From contig JAJPKE010000032.1 of NCBI GenBank assembly GCA_021323855.1, positions 749 to 64,748 on the forward strand: DNA of 64,000 nt, read 5' to 3'. The DNA comes from Chloroflexota bacterium. Lineage in GTDB: Bacteria > Chloroflexota > Ktedonobacteria > Ktedonobacterales > JADMIN01. The position numbers and the translations under genes were made by a program. The notes beneath the pieces were generated by a model. The model made no database searches. It worked only from the letters and a program-made list of their open reading frames with translations, and was not told where the DNA came from. Positions 28,331-38,380 of this stretch are shown piece by piece (within the stretch, counting starts at the first letter, position 1; each line of letters starts with the position of its first letter).

Positions 28331-28916
28331 GCCGTTCCTCTCTCTAGCGGGTTCAGCGTTTGATGTTCGTTGGCATCGTATGGCGTCTGTATGAAGAGCG
28401 AACTCCTCCGAATCCCCACGTTCCCACGTCCACGAAATCCCATGCGTCGCTACAAGCTACAAGCTACAGGTCGCAGGCCATTGTACCATGCTGCGGGTCG
28501 TTCGTACACCACCCGAATACCCCAGAATTCCCCAGCACGCTGTGTGTATCCGTCTGCTGGCAGCGCGTATGAACCGCTAGTACTATACGCGACGATTCTG
28601 CCCGGTTATCCGTACTAACAGGCAGTGGGCGCAACCGGACGCCGGCTTTTCATTCATTTCCCGCTCGATTTTTCACAGTACACGGCTTGATTTCGCAAGC
28701 GCCTTGTTTGCGTCACGTGGTGAGGAATGGCGAAGAGGGATGAAGATGGTTGAAAGGACGGCAGGTAGCCAGAACATCGCTAAGCGACAGAAGTCCTGGG
28801 TATGTAGTTACTGGCTGCCGGCTCACGTATCTATCAACAGCAGGAACCTGTCCTCCAGTCTCTGGAAGACGCACACATCGCCTATTCGGCAGTTGGGAAG
28901 TGGGGAGGAAGTCACT

Positions 28917-29156
28917 ATGGCGAATCTGCCAGCGAATCTGCACATCACGTATCAACTTCAGTATCGAAAATGTGGCAAGGCAAGCTGCGGCACCTGCAAG
29001 AAGGGGCCGGGGCATGGCCCCTACTGGTACGCCTACTGGCGCGAAGGCTCCAAGCTGCGCTCCGGCTATGTCGGCAAGGTGCAACCCGCTGGTGTCCCAC
29101 AGAGCGTGGTGGCGCGCGCTGAGGCCCGGTTGGCGCTGATCCGCGTGGGGGCGTGA
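28917..29156 (+). CDS. DUF6788 family small Cys/His protein
   Basis: YQLQYRKCGKASCGTC..GPGHGPYWYAYWREG..LRSGYVGK; GGGGAGG RBS. Confidence 0.8.
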   Translation: MANLPANLHITYQLQYRKCGKASCGTCKKGPGHGPYWYAYWREGSKLRSGYVGKVQPAGVPQSVVARAEARLALIRVGA

Positions 29157-29319
29157 GTAACGCAGTATCCATATCTCTACATTTGGCAGGGCACTACCGC
29201 GTTCAGGCGACCGAACGCGTGAGCGGGCATCATTCCCTCACCTGGGAAGATGCCCGCTCGCGTATACTATTGTGCTATTCTAGCACGCTCTGGGACGCTA
29301 CTACACGAACAGTAAAAAA

Positions 29320-29877
29320 TTATGCTGAGAACTCGTTGAGTTTGCCCTGCTCGAAGAGCCAGCGATTGAAACGCAGGCGGCGAATGATCGCCTCTGCCTC
29401 ACGCACCTCACCGGAATTTGCCACCCGGTCCGACACGTGAATCAGGCGTATTGCCTCATCCGCTGTGAACCCCTGAGACTCTAGTTCACAGATAACGGCA
29501 TCCTCAGCCGCTTCCTCCTGTTGCACATCCTGCACGTCCGCCTGCTCAACTGGCTGCTGCACCGGCAATTCGATGATGCCGTCAGCGTTGGTCCGTTTGC
29601 CGCGCGACACACCGCCCGCGCGCGATTTTGCCGTTCGCTGCCCGTTGCTCGCATTCTGCGAGCGCTTCGTGCGACCGGAGCCACTATTGGCGGTCGTTTC
29701 GTCGGGCGCTTCGGCGCGCTCTTGATGATCTTGATGTTCTCGATGATCTTGCTGATCCTGGCCGGTCGGCGTGCGCTCCGCTTTGGATGCTACGATTGGC
29801 GTCTCTGCGCTCTCATCAGCTTGCGATTGCGCAAAGACCTCATCGTTCTCCCGGTCATGATGAATATGTTGTGTCAT
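29320..29877 (-). CDS. Hypothetical protein with a disordered N-terminus and conserved-looking C-terminal helices
   Basis: GGAGG RBS; C-terminus GFTADEAIRL...RRLRFNRWLFEQGKLNE. Confidence 0.7.
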   Translation of the reverse strand: MTQHIHHDRENDEVFAQSQADESAETPIVASKAERTPTGQDQQDHREHQDHQERAEAPDETTANSGSGRTKRSQNASNGQRTAKSRAGGVSRGKRTNADGIIELPVQQPVEQADVQDVQQEEAAEDAVICELESQGFTADEAIRLIHVSDRVANSGEVREAEAIIRRLRFNRWLFEQGKLNEFSA

Positions 29878-30222
29878 ATGAGTACCTCCGGGCGGTTCGC
29901 CACCCACGTCATGACTGACGCTACGTTGCGTTTGCGATTAACGGCACCTCCGCCGCCCTTTACTCTATCTACGATTATACCACTGCTCATGTTTGGCGCT
30001 TTTATGTATAGTACGTCACAGCCTCACACACCTGAGTTACGCGCCTGCTCTGCGCTGCCGTGAACCGTATGGTTTCGTCTGTCCACACAAAGCCATTCTC
30101 TGCGCCGGAGCCAGAGGTGGAAGCCGTCACTCCCAAACTTATGCTATGGCACGCTATGATCTGATCATATGAACGAGCGACAAAAGTAGAAGCAAATGAC
30201 TATACAAAGGGGCGCAGAATCT

Positions 30223-30459
30223 ATGCTGCATGTGACGCTCTATAGCAAGGCGGGCTGCCATCTCTGCGACGAGGCGCGCGCCCATCTGGAAGAACTGGCC
30301 GCCGCGCATGAGATGGAGATAGATGAGATTGACATTCGCCGCGACGATGCCCTCTTCGAGCGGTACCGCTACCGCATTCCGGTGATCGTCGTGAACGGCG
30401 TCGAGCGGCTGGAAGGGCGCATCGAGGCGGCTGATGTGCAGGCGTTGATTTCCGTGTAG
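30223..30459 (+). CDS. Glutaredoxin-like protein (DUF836)
   Basis: VTLYSKAGCHLCDEA..EIDI..D..LFERYRYRIPV. Confidence 0.9.
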   Translation: MLHVTLYSKAGCHLCDEARAHLEELAAAHEMEIDEIDIRRDDALFERYRYRIPVIVVNGVERLEGRIEAADVQALISV

Positions 30460-30479
30460 TGCTGGGGTTGGCAGAAAGA

Positions 30480-30512
30480 ACGAGGCGGACCGCACTGTGC
30501 GGTCCGCCTCGT
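30480..30512. terminator. Perfect hairpin between convergent genes (bidirectional terminator candidate)
   Basis: ACGAGGCGGACCGCA-CTG-TGCGGTCCGCCTCGT. Confidence 0.7.
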
Positions 30513-30539
30513 CGTGTTTGCTATTGGTTATGCTGGTGG

Positions 30540-31778
30540 TTATGCTCGCGCTGCAGTTGCCCTGCCGCCGAAGCGGTTGAGCAGATAGAAGATGCCAACA
30601 CTGAAGGCGACACCTATGATACCTGCGACGAAGAGCCAGCCTGGATTGAACCAGCCGAAATTTTTAAAGCGCCCGTTGAAAATGAGGCCAAGAATCAGGA
30701 AGATCACGACGAACCCCACCAGGCCGGCTGCCGCGCCAAGCAAGATGCTTGTCACTCTGCCCATGCTCGCTGGCAGGATGCGTCCGGTACCCTGGCGTAG
30801 CGCCCCAAACGCCAACACGCCGACGAGACCCAGAATCAGCGCGGCGACGAGCCAGCCACCGACCACCGGAATGAACGAGAGGCCGAACAGGATCAGGATG
30901 ACCAGCGCGGCGAGCAAGCCAATCCAGGCATATTGCGCGCCCTGGCCAAAGAAGCCCATCAGCACCATATTAATGGCGGCGATGACTGGCGCGAGGAACT
31001 TGAGTCGTGGATTCTGCTCCTGCGCCTCGCGGAAAATGCGATATGATTGCCCGATTTTGCGCTGCTTGAAATAGATGCGTCCGCGCAGGATTTGGGTCTG
31101 CGGGCCGGGCATGATGTTCTGCCGCTCGACGGTATCGAGCGCATTCAGCGCGTTGTCATATTGCTTGAGATCAATATAGGCATTCGCCTTGATGAAATCC
31201 GCCTGTGACAATGAGCGGTCGTTGCGCAACGCCGCGTCGCTGGCCTGAATTGCGCCCTCCGGGTCGCGATCCTGAAAGAGAATCATCGCGCGCATCAGAT
31301 GAGCGGCGGCCATACGCGGATCTAGCTCGAGGGCGCGATCCACCTCGGCGCGAGCATTCGCCATATCCTTCTTGGCGGCGTAGACCTCGGCCAGTTGCAC
31401 ATGCGTGCGGGCAGATTTCGGCTGCAGCTGCACGGCGCGCAGCGCTGCTTTTTCGGCGTCCGGCGAGATACTGCCCATCAGGCTGGTCTTTTGCAGCAAC
31501 GCCGACGCCAGGATCATCTGCGCCTCGGCATTGGTGGACTGCTGGTTGGTGGCGCGCCGCGCCTCGATGACGGCATCATCAATCTGCCGCTGTTGCAGCA
31601 ACGCCTGCGCCAGCAGGACGCGCGCATTCACGTTGGCGGGGTCTTTCTCCAGTTGCTTGCGCGTCAGCCGCTCCGCCTCGTCGGGGCGTCCGCTGCCCAG
31701 CGCAAACTTGGCCTTGCCCAGCGCGCCACCGGGAATCATCCCCTGGCCGCCCTGGCCGCGATAGGTCATGCGATTCAT
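30540..31778 (-). CDS. TPR protein with C-terminal transmembrane segments
   Basis: Multiple TPRs in the first ~260 aa, then about 5 hydrophobic helices. Confidence 0.85.
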   Translation of the reverse strand: MNRMTYRGQGGQGMIPGGALGKAKFALGSGRPDEAERLTRKQLEKDPANVNARVLLAQALLQQRQIDDAVIEARRATNQQSTNAEAQMILASALLQKTSLMGSISPDAEKAALRAVQLQPKSARTHVQLAEVYAAKKDMANARAEVDRALELDPRMAAAHLMRAMILFQDRDPEGAIQASDAALRNDRSLSQADFIKANAYIDLKQYDNALNALDTVERQNIMPGPQTQILRGRIYFKQRKIGQSYRIFREAQEQNPRLKFLAPVIAAINMVLMGFFGQGAQYAWIGLLAALVILILFGLSFIPVVGGWLVAALILGLVGVLAFGALRQGTGRILPASMGRVTSILLGAAAGLVGFVVIFLILGLIFNGRFKNFGWFNPGWLFVAGIIGVAFSVGIFYLLNRFGGRATAARA

Positions 31779-32129
31779 AGTCGTACAATTGTCCTTCCGC
31801 CGCCCTCCCGCGCATGCGCCACTGCGATAGCTTGCGCTAGCGACTGGGGAGAGTGGTCAGTAATGATATCGGTGATGGATGAACTGAGCGCGGGCAGAAG
31901 ACCGCAGAGTTTATATCGTATCGTCATCCATTATACTACCTACGCCAACAGTGCGCAGCAGTGAGTAGGAGCATTTTTGCGATGCTTTCGCCATGTCGCC
32001 ATTTCAGAGTCTACAGCGCCCGCCCCTTTCCAGTTCGCTGGCGACCCGGCGGAATGATGAGGTATGTATGATCCGTTGACTGTTTTGTTGCGAATAGCGC
32101 GCATAGCGCAGGCAAAGAGGATGGATGAC

Positions 32130-32807
32130 ATGAGTCTCGCACTTCCTGGCGATTGGTCCGAGGTGTTGGCGGGCGAGCTGGAGAAGCCCTATTTTCACAA
32201 GCTGGAGGCGTTTCTGGCGGAGGAACGGGCGACGCAGACGGTGTTCCCACCGGAGGGCGATGTCTTCAACGCGCTCAAATTGACGCCCTACGCGAAAGTC
32301 AACGTCTTGCTGCTCGGCCAGGACCCGTATCACGACGACAATCAGGCGCACGGTCTTTGTTTCTCCGTGCGTCCGGGCATCCAGCCGCCGCCCTCGCTGG
32401 TGAATATGTATAAAGAACTACGGAGCGACCTGGGTTGTTTCATTCCCAACAATGGCTATCTCGTGCCGTGGGCGGAGCAGGGCATATTGATGCTGAACGC
32501 CGTGTTGACGGTGCGAGCGCACCAGCCGAACTCGCACAAAGGCAAGGGATGGGAAACCTTTACCGACGCCGTTATTCGCAAGGTCAACGAGAAGACTGAT
32601 CCAGTCGTCTTTGTCTTCTGGGGAGGATATGCGCAGAAGAAGATACCGCTCATAGATACCTCACGCCATACGATTGTGCAGTCAGCGCATCCATCGCCGC
32701 TCTCAGCGCGCAATGGCTTCTTCGGCAGCAAGCCCTACTCGAAGATCAATGCTGCGCTCCGCGCGGCTGGCAAGCCAGAGATCAACTGGCAAATCCCTAA
32801 CATCTGA
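32130..32807 (+). CDS. ung: Uracil-DNA glycosylase, family 1
   Basis: GQDPYH, PPSLVN, LMLNAVLTV, HPSPLS. Confidence 0.97.
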   Translation: MSLALPGDWSEVLAGELEKPYFHKLEAFLAEERATQTVFPPEGDVFNALKLTPYAKVNVLLLGQDPYHDDNQAHGLCFSVRPGIQPPPSLVNMYKELRSDLGCFIPNNGYLVPWAEQGILMLNAVLTVRAHQPNSHKGKGWETFTDAVIRKVNEKTDPVVFVFWGGYAQKKIPLIDTSRHTIVQSAHPSPLSARNGFFGSKPYSKINAALRAAGKPEINWQIPNI

Positions 32808-32852
32808 CCGACATCTGACCAGCCACCTGCGAGAATGTGCATGAATGGGCAA

Positions 32853-32916
32853 GAACAGATGTTCATAACCTCCCCATTTTGGTGGAAAAGTGGATGGATA
32901 TGTGGAAAACATGTTC
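32853..32916. promoter_or_regulatory. Two LexA-type boxes (GAAC-N4-GTTC)
   Basis: GAACAGATGTTC at 32853-32864 (perfect) and GAAAACATGTTC at 32905-32916 (one mismatch). Confidence 0.5.
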
Positions 32917-33195
32917 CATATTCCTGCCACCATAGAGCTTGATGACGATCTAGGGCGAGCCGGCAAGCCTGTAAAAAAACCGGTTCGTCGGGCGTCATAC
33001 GGTAGTAGCAACAGCCAAAAATCAGGGCTACACATGCCGCTCGGCAGGTGCAGAGCTTCCTCATGGACACATCATGTCCGTTGGGAAGCTCTAGCTGTAC
33101 TCCGTTATACTACCTGGGATAGCATTGAACAGGTATCATCGAACTGACATCATTGGCATCATTGTGTCGTTACGTAGGGGTCAGGAGCTTGGAAC

Positions 33196-36100
33196 ATGCG
33201 GGCAGAGACGGTCATCGAGGAGGGCCGGCAGGACGAAACGCCGCTGCCAGAGCTGAAATTGCGCCGTGGCATCAGTCCGCTGGCGGCGGCGCGGCTGGCG
33301 CTCTGGCGGCTGGGGCGTGGGTGGCGGCTGCTGCTGGCGGTCGGGCTGGGCATGCTCGTGGCGGTGACGCTGATCTGCACGGTGCCGCTTTATAGCAGCC
33401 TCGTCTCAAACGTCCAGTTGCAGCATCAACTGGCGATTCAATCACCCAGCGACCGCAACATCGAGACCGTTACCACCATTTCGCCTATTGTCAGCACGTC
33501 GGTAGGTCAGGCGCTCGACAATGACACTCAGAATAACGCGCAATATTTCAGCAGTTTTGCGCCAGTCACTACCTGGTTCCTGGCGATGGGCACGTTTCCA
33601 CCGATTGCGAATGTGAATGGACAGACGGCAAAATTATCCGGCCCCAAATCGCTGGCGCCGAATCCGCAGTTAGTGCCCATCGTCCTCAATTATTCGCAGG
33701 CACTCTCACATCTGACCATTATCTCCGGGCGGCTGCCACAGCCAACTGCTGCCAATCAGCCCCAGGAGATCATCGTCAACCAGAAGATGGGATTGCAGCC
33801 AGGAGACACCATTTCCCTCAGCCAGAGCGCCGGTGGCATCACGATGAAAATCGTCGGCGTCTGGAAGGCCAAAAGCGTTGACGACCCGTATTGGAACGGC
33901 AATGGTCCAACCTTCGATGTCTATGTCCCTCCTTGCCATGCCCCACCATCCGCCTGCCCCCCAACAAACTATCCGGTGTTGTTTAACCGTGATGGGTTCT
34001 TCAATGCCTTCGGTGTAGCGCCTAATGCTCCCGTTACGCCTGGCGCAGGCAGAACCTTTAGTGTCGTTGTGCATTATATCTCCTACACCGATCCGCACCG
34101 CATCACTGCTGTGGCAATGCCAACGATTGTCAACAACATTGGCACCTATCGAACGCAGACCAACGCCGACGCCTATAACATCACTGGCATTACAGATATC
34201 GGCGTCGCGACACAGCTCGATAACGTCTTGAAGGGGCTGCAACAACAGCTCAGCATATTAGCGCAGCCGCTGTATATTGTGGTGGCGCAGGTCGTTGGGC
34301 TGGCGTTGCTCTTCGTCATGGCGATGGCAACCCTGCTGATCGAGGCACAGGCTGGCGACCTTGCCACGCTCAAGAGTCGTGGCGCCAGTTTCTCGCAACT
34401 CCTCTTCACCTACACCTTGCAAGGGGTTCTGGTTGCTGTGCTGGCGGCGCTCGCTGGTCCGTTCCTGGCGGTGTTGCTCAGCATTGCCATCATTCATTTC
34501 TTTGTGCCATTTGCCGCCAGCGCATTGCAGGGGACGAATCTCGCTGCCATTGCCTCGCCGCAATTGGTGACACAGCCAGCGCTGATTGGTTCGCTGCTAG
34601 GGTTGGCCACGCTTATTATCGCCGCCTGGCTTGCCGCACGGCGCGATGTGCTGGCCTTCCGCCGCGAACAGGGGCGCAGCAGCGGCGCGCCCTTCTGGAA
34701 ACGCTATTATCTCGATATTGCGCTGGTGATCCTCTGCGCTGCTGGCTATCTGGAACTCGGTGAGTTTGGTGGTCTGAACATCCGGCAACAGTTGGGGCAG
34801 AATAGTGGCGGCCCTGATCCGTTTCAGTTGGCCGCGCCTGCGCTGCTGTTGTTGGGTGGCGCGCTGCTGGCGTTGCGTCTGTTTCCACTGGCCACTCGTG
34901 TTGGCGCGTGGCTGGCGTCCAGGGCACGCGGCGCCACCGGCATGCTGGCCTTTGCCCAACTTGACCGCGCCAGCGCCCAGTTTAGCCGCCTGACGCTGCT
35001 GCTGACGCTCTCGGTGGGCATCGGCGTCTTCGCGCTGACGTTCCAAACGTCTATTGCTGCGAATACGGTCGCCCGCTCGCAATTCCTGGTGGGCTGCGAT
35101 CAACGGGTCGTACTCCGGAGTCCAGTGGATGGCACTCCGCTGACGGCGCCGTTCCAGAAAACAATCGCGGCAATGCCCGGCGTAGAGAACATCACGCCGG
35201 TCTACCGTAGCGTGGCAACCAATGTCAGCGATAGCTCCAACGCAGAAGTGCTGGGCATTGACCCTACCAGTTTCGCACAGGTGGCCTACTGGCGTAGCGA
35301 TTACGCCAGCCAGCCGCTAGCCAGCCTGATGCAACAGATGCAGGCAAACCAGCGACCCGGCACCACCGCAGGCGACCAGCAACATCCAATCTGGGCGCTG
35401 GTGGATACCAATTTTGCCGCTCGCTATTCCCTTCAGCCGGGCGTCGTTTTCTCGTTGGAGCCTGCGGAAAGCTCGTCGGCTTCCCTCTACTTCGTGGTCG
35501 GCGCCACCGTCCAGCATTTCCCAACGCTCAGCGATTCATCTGTGACAGGCTTCGTCATCGCCAACATTGCAGACTATGCTGCCGCGCTCCACGGTCCGCA
35601 AGGGCAGGGCGGCTTCATCAACTTTATCGGCCCCAATGAGTATTGGTTGCACACAAACGGCGTGGCTGCCGATGATGCCAAGCGCGCGGCGTTACTGCAA
35701 AATCCGAACCTCTGGGTGGACCACACGGTGAACCTGAAGACGGTTGAAGTGCAGACACAGACGGACCCACTGGCCTCCGGCATGACGGGTTTGTTGCTGG
35801 TCGGCGCGCTCATCGCTGCGTTGCTGGCGGTGATCGGCAGCCTGATTCAATCAAGCGTATCCGCCCGCCAGCGGCTGACACAGTTCGCCATCCTGCGCAC
35901 ACTGGGTGGGCAGGGCAGACAACTGCTCAACATCCTGCTGAGCCAGCAAATCGTGGTCTATATCTTCAGCCTCGCCGGTGGAACGTTGCTGGGGGTGCTC
36001 CTCTCGACGGCCACGCTGCCATTCTTACAGTTCAGCACGTCAACCATCAATACAGCAGAACGCCTGCCGTCCTATCTGCTCGCCATCAATTACACGGGTA

Positions 36101-36213
36101 CGGCGCTGTTTTATTGCGCACTGGTCCTGGCGTTTGTGCTGGCGCTCTTTGTCGGGGCGCAGTTTGCGCTGCGCGGCGGCCTGGGCAAGACGCTGCGCAT
36201 TGGCGAAGATTAG
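33196..36213 (+). CDS. Large FtsX/MacB-like ABC permease
   Basis: Duplicated architecture with LATLKSRGAS and FAILRTLG FtsX motifs and two large extracytoplasmic domains; no ATPase adjacent. Confidence 0.85.
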   Translation: MRAETVIEEGRQDETPLPELKLRRGISPLAAARLALWRLGRGWRLLLAVGLGMLVAVTLICTVPLYSSLVSNVQLQHQLAIQSPSDRNIETVTTISPIVSTSVGQALDNDTQNNAQYFSSFAPVTTWFLAMGTFPPIANVNGQTAKLSGPKSLAPNPQLVPIVLNYSQALSHLTIISGRLPQPTAANQPQEIIVNQKMGLQPGDTISLSQSAGGITMKIVGVWKAKSVDDPYWNGNGPTFDVYVPPCHAPPSACPPTNYPVLFNRDGFFNAFGVAPNAPVTPGAGRTFSVVVHYISYTDPHRITAVAMPTIVNNIGTYRTQTNADAYNITGITDIGVATQLDNVLKGLQQQLSILAQPLYIVVAQVVGLALLFVMAMATLLIEAQAGDLATLKSRGASFSQLLFTYTLQGVLVAVLAALAGPFLAVLLSIAIIHFFVPFAASALQGTNLAAIASPQLVTQPALIGSLLGLATLIIAAWLAARRDVLAFRREQGRSSGAPFWKRYYLDIALVILCAAGYLELGEFGGLNIRQQLGQNSGGPDPFQLAAPALLLLGGALLALRLFPLATRVGAWLASRARGATGMLAFAQLDRASAQFSRLTLLLTLSVGIGVFALTFQTSIAANTVARSQFLVGCDQRVVLRSPVDGTPLTAPFQKTIAAMPGVENITPVYRSVATNVSDSSNAEVLGIDPTSFAQVAYWRSDYASQPLASLMQQMQANQRPGTTAGDQQHPIWALVDTNFAARYSLQPGVVFSLEPAESSSASLYFVVGATVQHFPTLSDSSVTGFVIANIADYAAALHGPQGQGGFINFIGPNEYWLHTNGVAADDAKRAALLQNPNLWVDHTVNLKTVEVQTQTDPLASGMTGLLLVGALIAALLAVIGSLIQSSVSARQRLTQFAILRTLGGQGRQLLNILLSQQIVVYIFSLAGGTLLGVLLSTATLPFLQFSTSTINTAERLPSYLLAINYTGTALFYCALVLAFVLALFVGAQFALRGGLGKTLRIGED

Positions 36214-36281
36214 CCGTCTCAGTGCGCTGTTGTCGCCTGCTTGGATTATCTTGTGATCTTCTTGTGGGAGTGTGATTCGCT

Positions 36282-37808
36282 ATGCGCCAGCAAGGGCCAG
36301 CATCGGCAAACCCTGAGCATCCCGAACGGCAAGAAAGGCCGGAAAGCAAAGAATATCAGGCGGCGGCGCGCCAGCGGCGTCTGGCGGCGCTGCATGCGCT
36401 GGCAGAGCAGGCAATGGCAGCCAATCCGAATATCCCGCCGCCGGGCGCGACCACGCGCCGCACCAGCGCACGTTCGGCGCAACCGACACGCGCAGGCTCT
36501 GCGCGGCGGCGCTGGCTGCCGCTGGCGGGCGGCGTAGCCTTGGCGCTGTTCTTGATCGTCGCGGTGGTTGCCGCTGTGCCTTCGCTCCGCGCTCGCGCTT
36601 TCGGAGGGATCGGCGGCATCGGCACGACTCCTGTGGTCACGAAGCCTGCGGCGCCTGACGCCAGCACTCTCTATTTCGATGCTGATGTCCCCTGGACAAC
36701 TGTGCAGGTGGATAGCAAAACGGTCCAGCCAAGCCTGCCGGGCACGGGAACGCCCTTGCACCTTCGCCCCGGACGGCACATTATCTCCTGGGAAGCTGAC
36801 CCGTTCCCGGCGAAACGCTGCATCCTCACCGTACCAGCGGCGACGAGTGATAGCTGTATCGCGGCGTTCGAGGGCGTTGCGCATGTGCCTGGCGAGCCAC
36901 CGGCGCAAATTCTGCGGCTAGAAGAGGAATCCAGCGATCTGCTGGCGAATCATCTGAATCCGTTGTATGCAGCGGTGCAGTCAGCGCTGGACTCCTATAG
37001 CAACCAGATCACGCCCATCGAGGCCGGCGAACCTGCCTATATCAACGGCGCGCCCAATAATGGCTCTGGCGGTATCAGCGACGGCACCTATTCGGCCAGC
37101 TTCACCTTCGCGCTCGACACGCAGAGTGTTGGCTCAGAAGCCTGCCAGCTCGACCTCGGCACCGGCAACCAAAACTGCAACGTTATGTCCGCGCAATGTT
37201 TGCCTATCTGTTCGCTCGATTATGCTGAACGCCAATCGCTTGGGGCTGCACTGCCGGCAAACGAGTGGGTGGCGCTGGCGGCATCGTTTATCTGGCGCAA
37301 TTACTTCAGTTCCAGTGGTGAGCCTGCCTATCCGCAGCAGACGGCGTTCTCCGGGCTGGTGAGCTTCTCAGATCACACATTGCTGGTGGGTATACGCTGG
37401 CAGAACGGCTCGTGGCAGGCGCAACCGTTGATCGGTTCGCATTTGATCGCGTCCTTCATACAGGATACCCAGCAACGCATTCTGGTGGATCCCGCCTGCG
37501 CGGGAGCGGCGGCCTACTTCGTCCAGAATGTGGAGTCGGACGGCTATTCGCAGGTGCGCTTCGTCTCCAACGACAATGTGACTGCTGGCTGTTTAGTTCA
37601 GGCAATCTCAGCCAGCAGCGGCCAGCAGGTAGAGTATCTCGAACGTCTAGGCGTGCTGCTGGCGGTCAATGGCGCGGCGCACCAGCTTCATGGTGACCTC
37701 CCGGTGGCCAGCGGCTATGCGCAACAACTGGCGGCGTCGCTGGCCGCCAACAAGACGGTCCCCATGCAGACGCTGACGCGGCAGCCCGTTTCAAGCAGCG
37801 GGCAGTGA
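36282..37808 (+). CDS. Single-pass membrane protein with a Cys-containing extracellular region
   Basis: Charged N-terminus, one TM helix, PEGA-like segment (PLHLRPGRHIISW), several Cys pairs. Confidence 0.7.
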   Translation: MRQQGPASANPEHPERQERPESKEYQAAARQRRLAALHALAEQAMAANPNIPPPGATTRRTSARSAQPTRAGSARRRWLPLAGGVALALFLIVAVVAAVPSLRARAFGGIGGIGTTPVVTKPAAPDASTLYFDADVPWTTVQVDSKTVQPSLPGTGTPLHLRPGRHIISWEADPFPAKRCILTVPAATSDSCIAAFEGVAHVPGEPPAQILRLEEESSDLLANHLNPLYAAVQSALDSYSNQITPIEAGEPAYINGAPNNGSGGISDGTYSASFTFALDTQSVGSEACQLDLGTGNQNCNVMSAQCLPICSLDYAERQSLGAALPANEWVALAASFIWRNYFSSSGEPAYPQQTAFSGLVSFSDHTLLVGIRWQNGSWQAQPLIGSHLIASFIQDTQQRILVDPACAGAAAYFVQNVESDGYSQVRFVSNDNVTAGCLVQAISASSGQQVEYLERLGVLLAVNGAAHQLHGDLPVASGYAQQLAASLAANKTVPMQTLTRQPVSSSGQ

Positions 37809-37856
37809 TGCGATAGCGTGACATGATAGGGCATATACTTGATGGGGAGGCACATA

Positions 37857-38339
37857 GTGGAAATCGAACGCAAACTTGAAGCAATGGGATTGGTCCTGCC
37901 AGCGGCGATGCAAACGCCGACTGAAGTGAAGTTGCCGTTCGTGCAGGTGCGGGTGCGTGGTTCCCGCGCAACCATCGCCGGGCACGGTCCCCTGAAGGCC
38001 AACGGCACGCTCTTCGAGCCGCTGGGCAAGGTGGGCGCGGAGGTCTCGCTGGAACAGGGGTATCAGGCGGCGCGCGCCACGGCGCTGGCCATCCTGGCGA
38101 GCCTCAAACGCGAACTGGGCGACCTGGATCGCGTCACGGCGTGGCTACGGGGGTTTGGCATGGTCAACGCTGCGCCGGGCTTCACACAGACGCCAGCCGT
38201 CATCAACGGCTTCTCTGACCTCATCCTCGACCTGTATGGGCCGGAGGCGGGCAGCCATTCGCGCTCAGCCATCGGCGTGGCCGAGCTTCCCTTCAGCATC
38301 CCCGTGGAGATCGAGGCCGAGGTGGAGATTGCCAGTTGA
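37857..38339 (+). CDS. RidA/YjgF family protein
   Basis: GKVGAEVS.EQGYQAAR, VINGFSDL..LYG.EAG.HSRSAIGV.ELP...PVEIE; GTG start after GGGGAGG. Confidence 0.9.
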   Translation: MEIERKLEAMGLVLPAAMQTPTEVKLPFVQVRVRGSRATIAGHGPLKANGTLFEPLGKVGAEVSLEQGYQAARATALAILASLKRELGDLDRVTAWLRGFGMVNAAPGFTQTPAVINGFSDLILDLYGPEAGSHSRSAIGVAELPFSIPVEIEAEVEIAS

Positions 38340-38380
38340 ATAATAATCGGGCAGTTGCTCTACTCGGTAGCACGCTGATG

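Noticed and set aside
28449-28468. GCTACAA x3 microsatellite
   Set aside because: Short intergenic simple repeat with no evidence of function.
32735-32870. Minus-strand ORF MNICSCPF... after GGGGAGG
   Set aside because: SD-ATG spacing is only 2 nt and it overlaps the 3' end of ung in antisense; the sequence is better explained by the LexA-type box.
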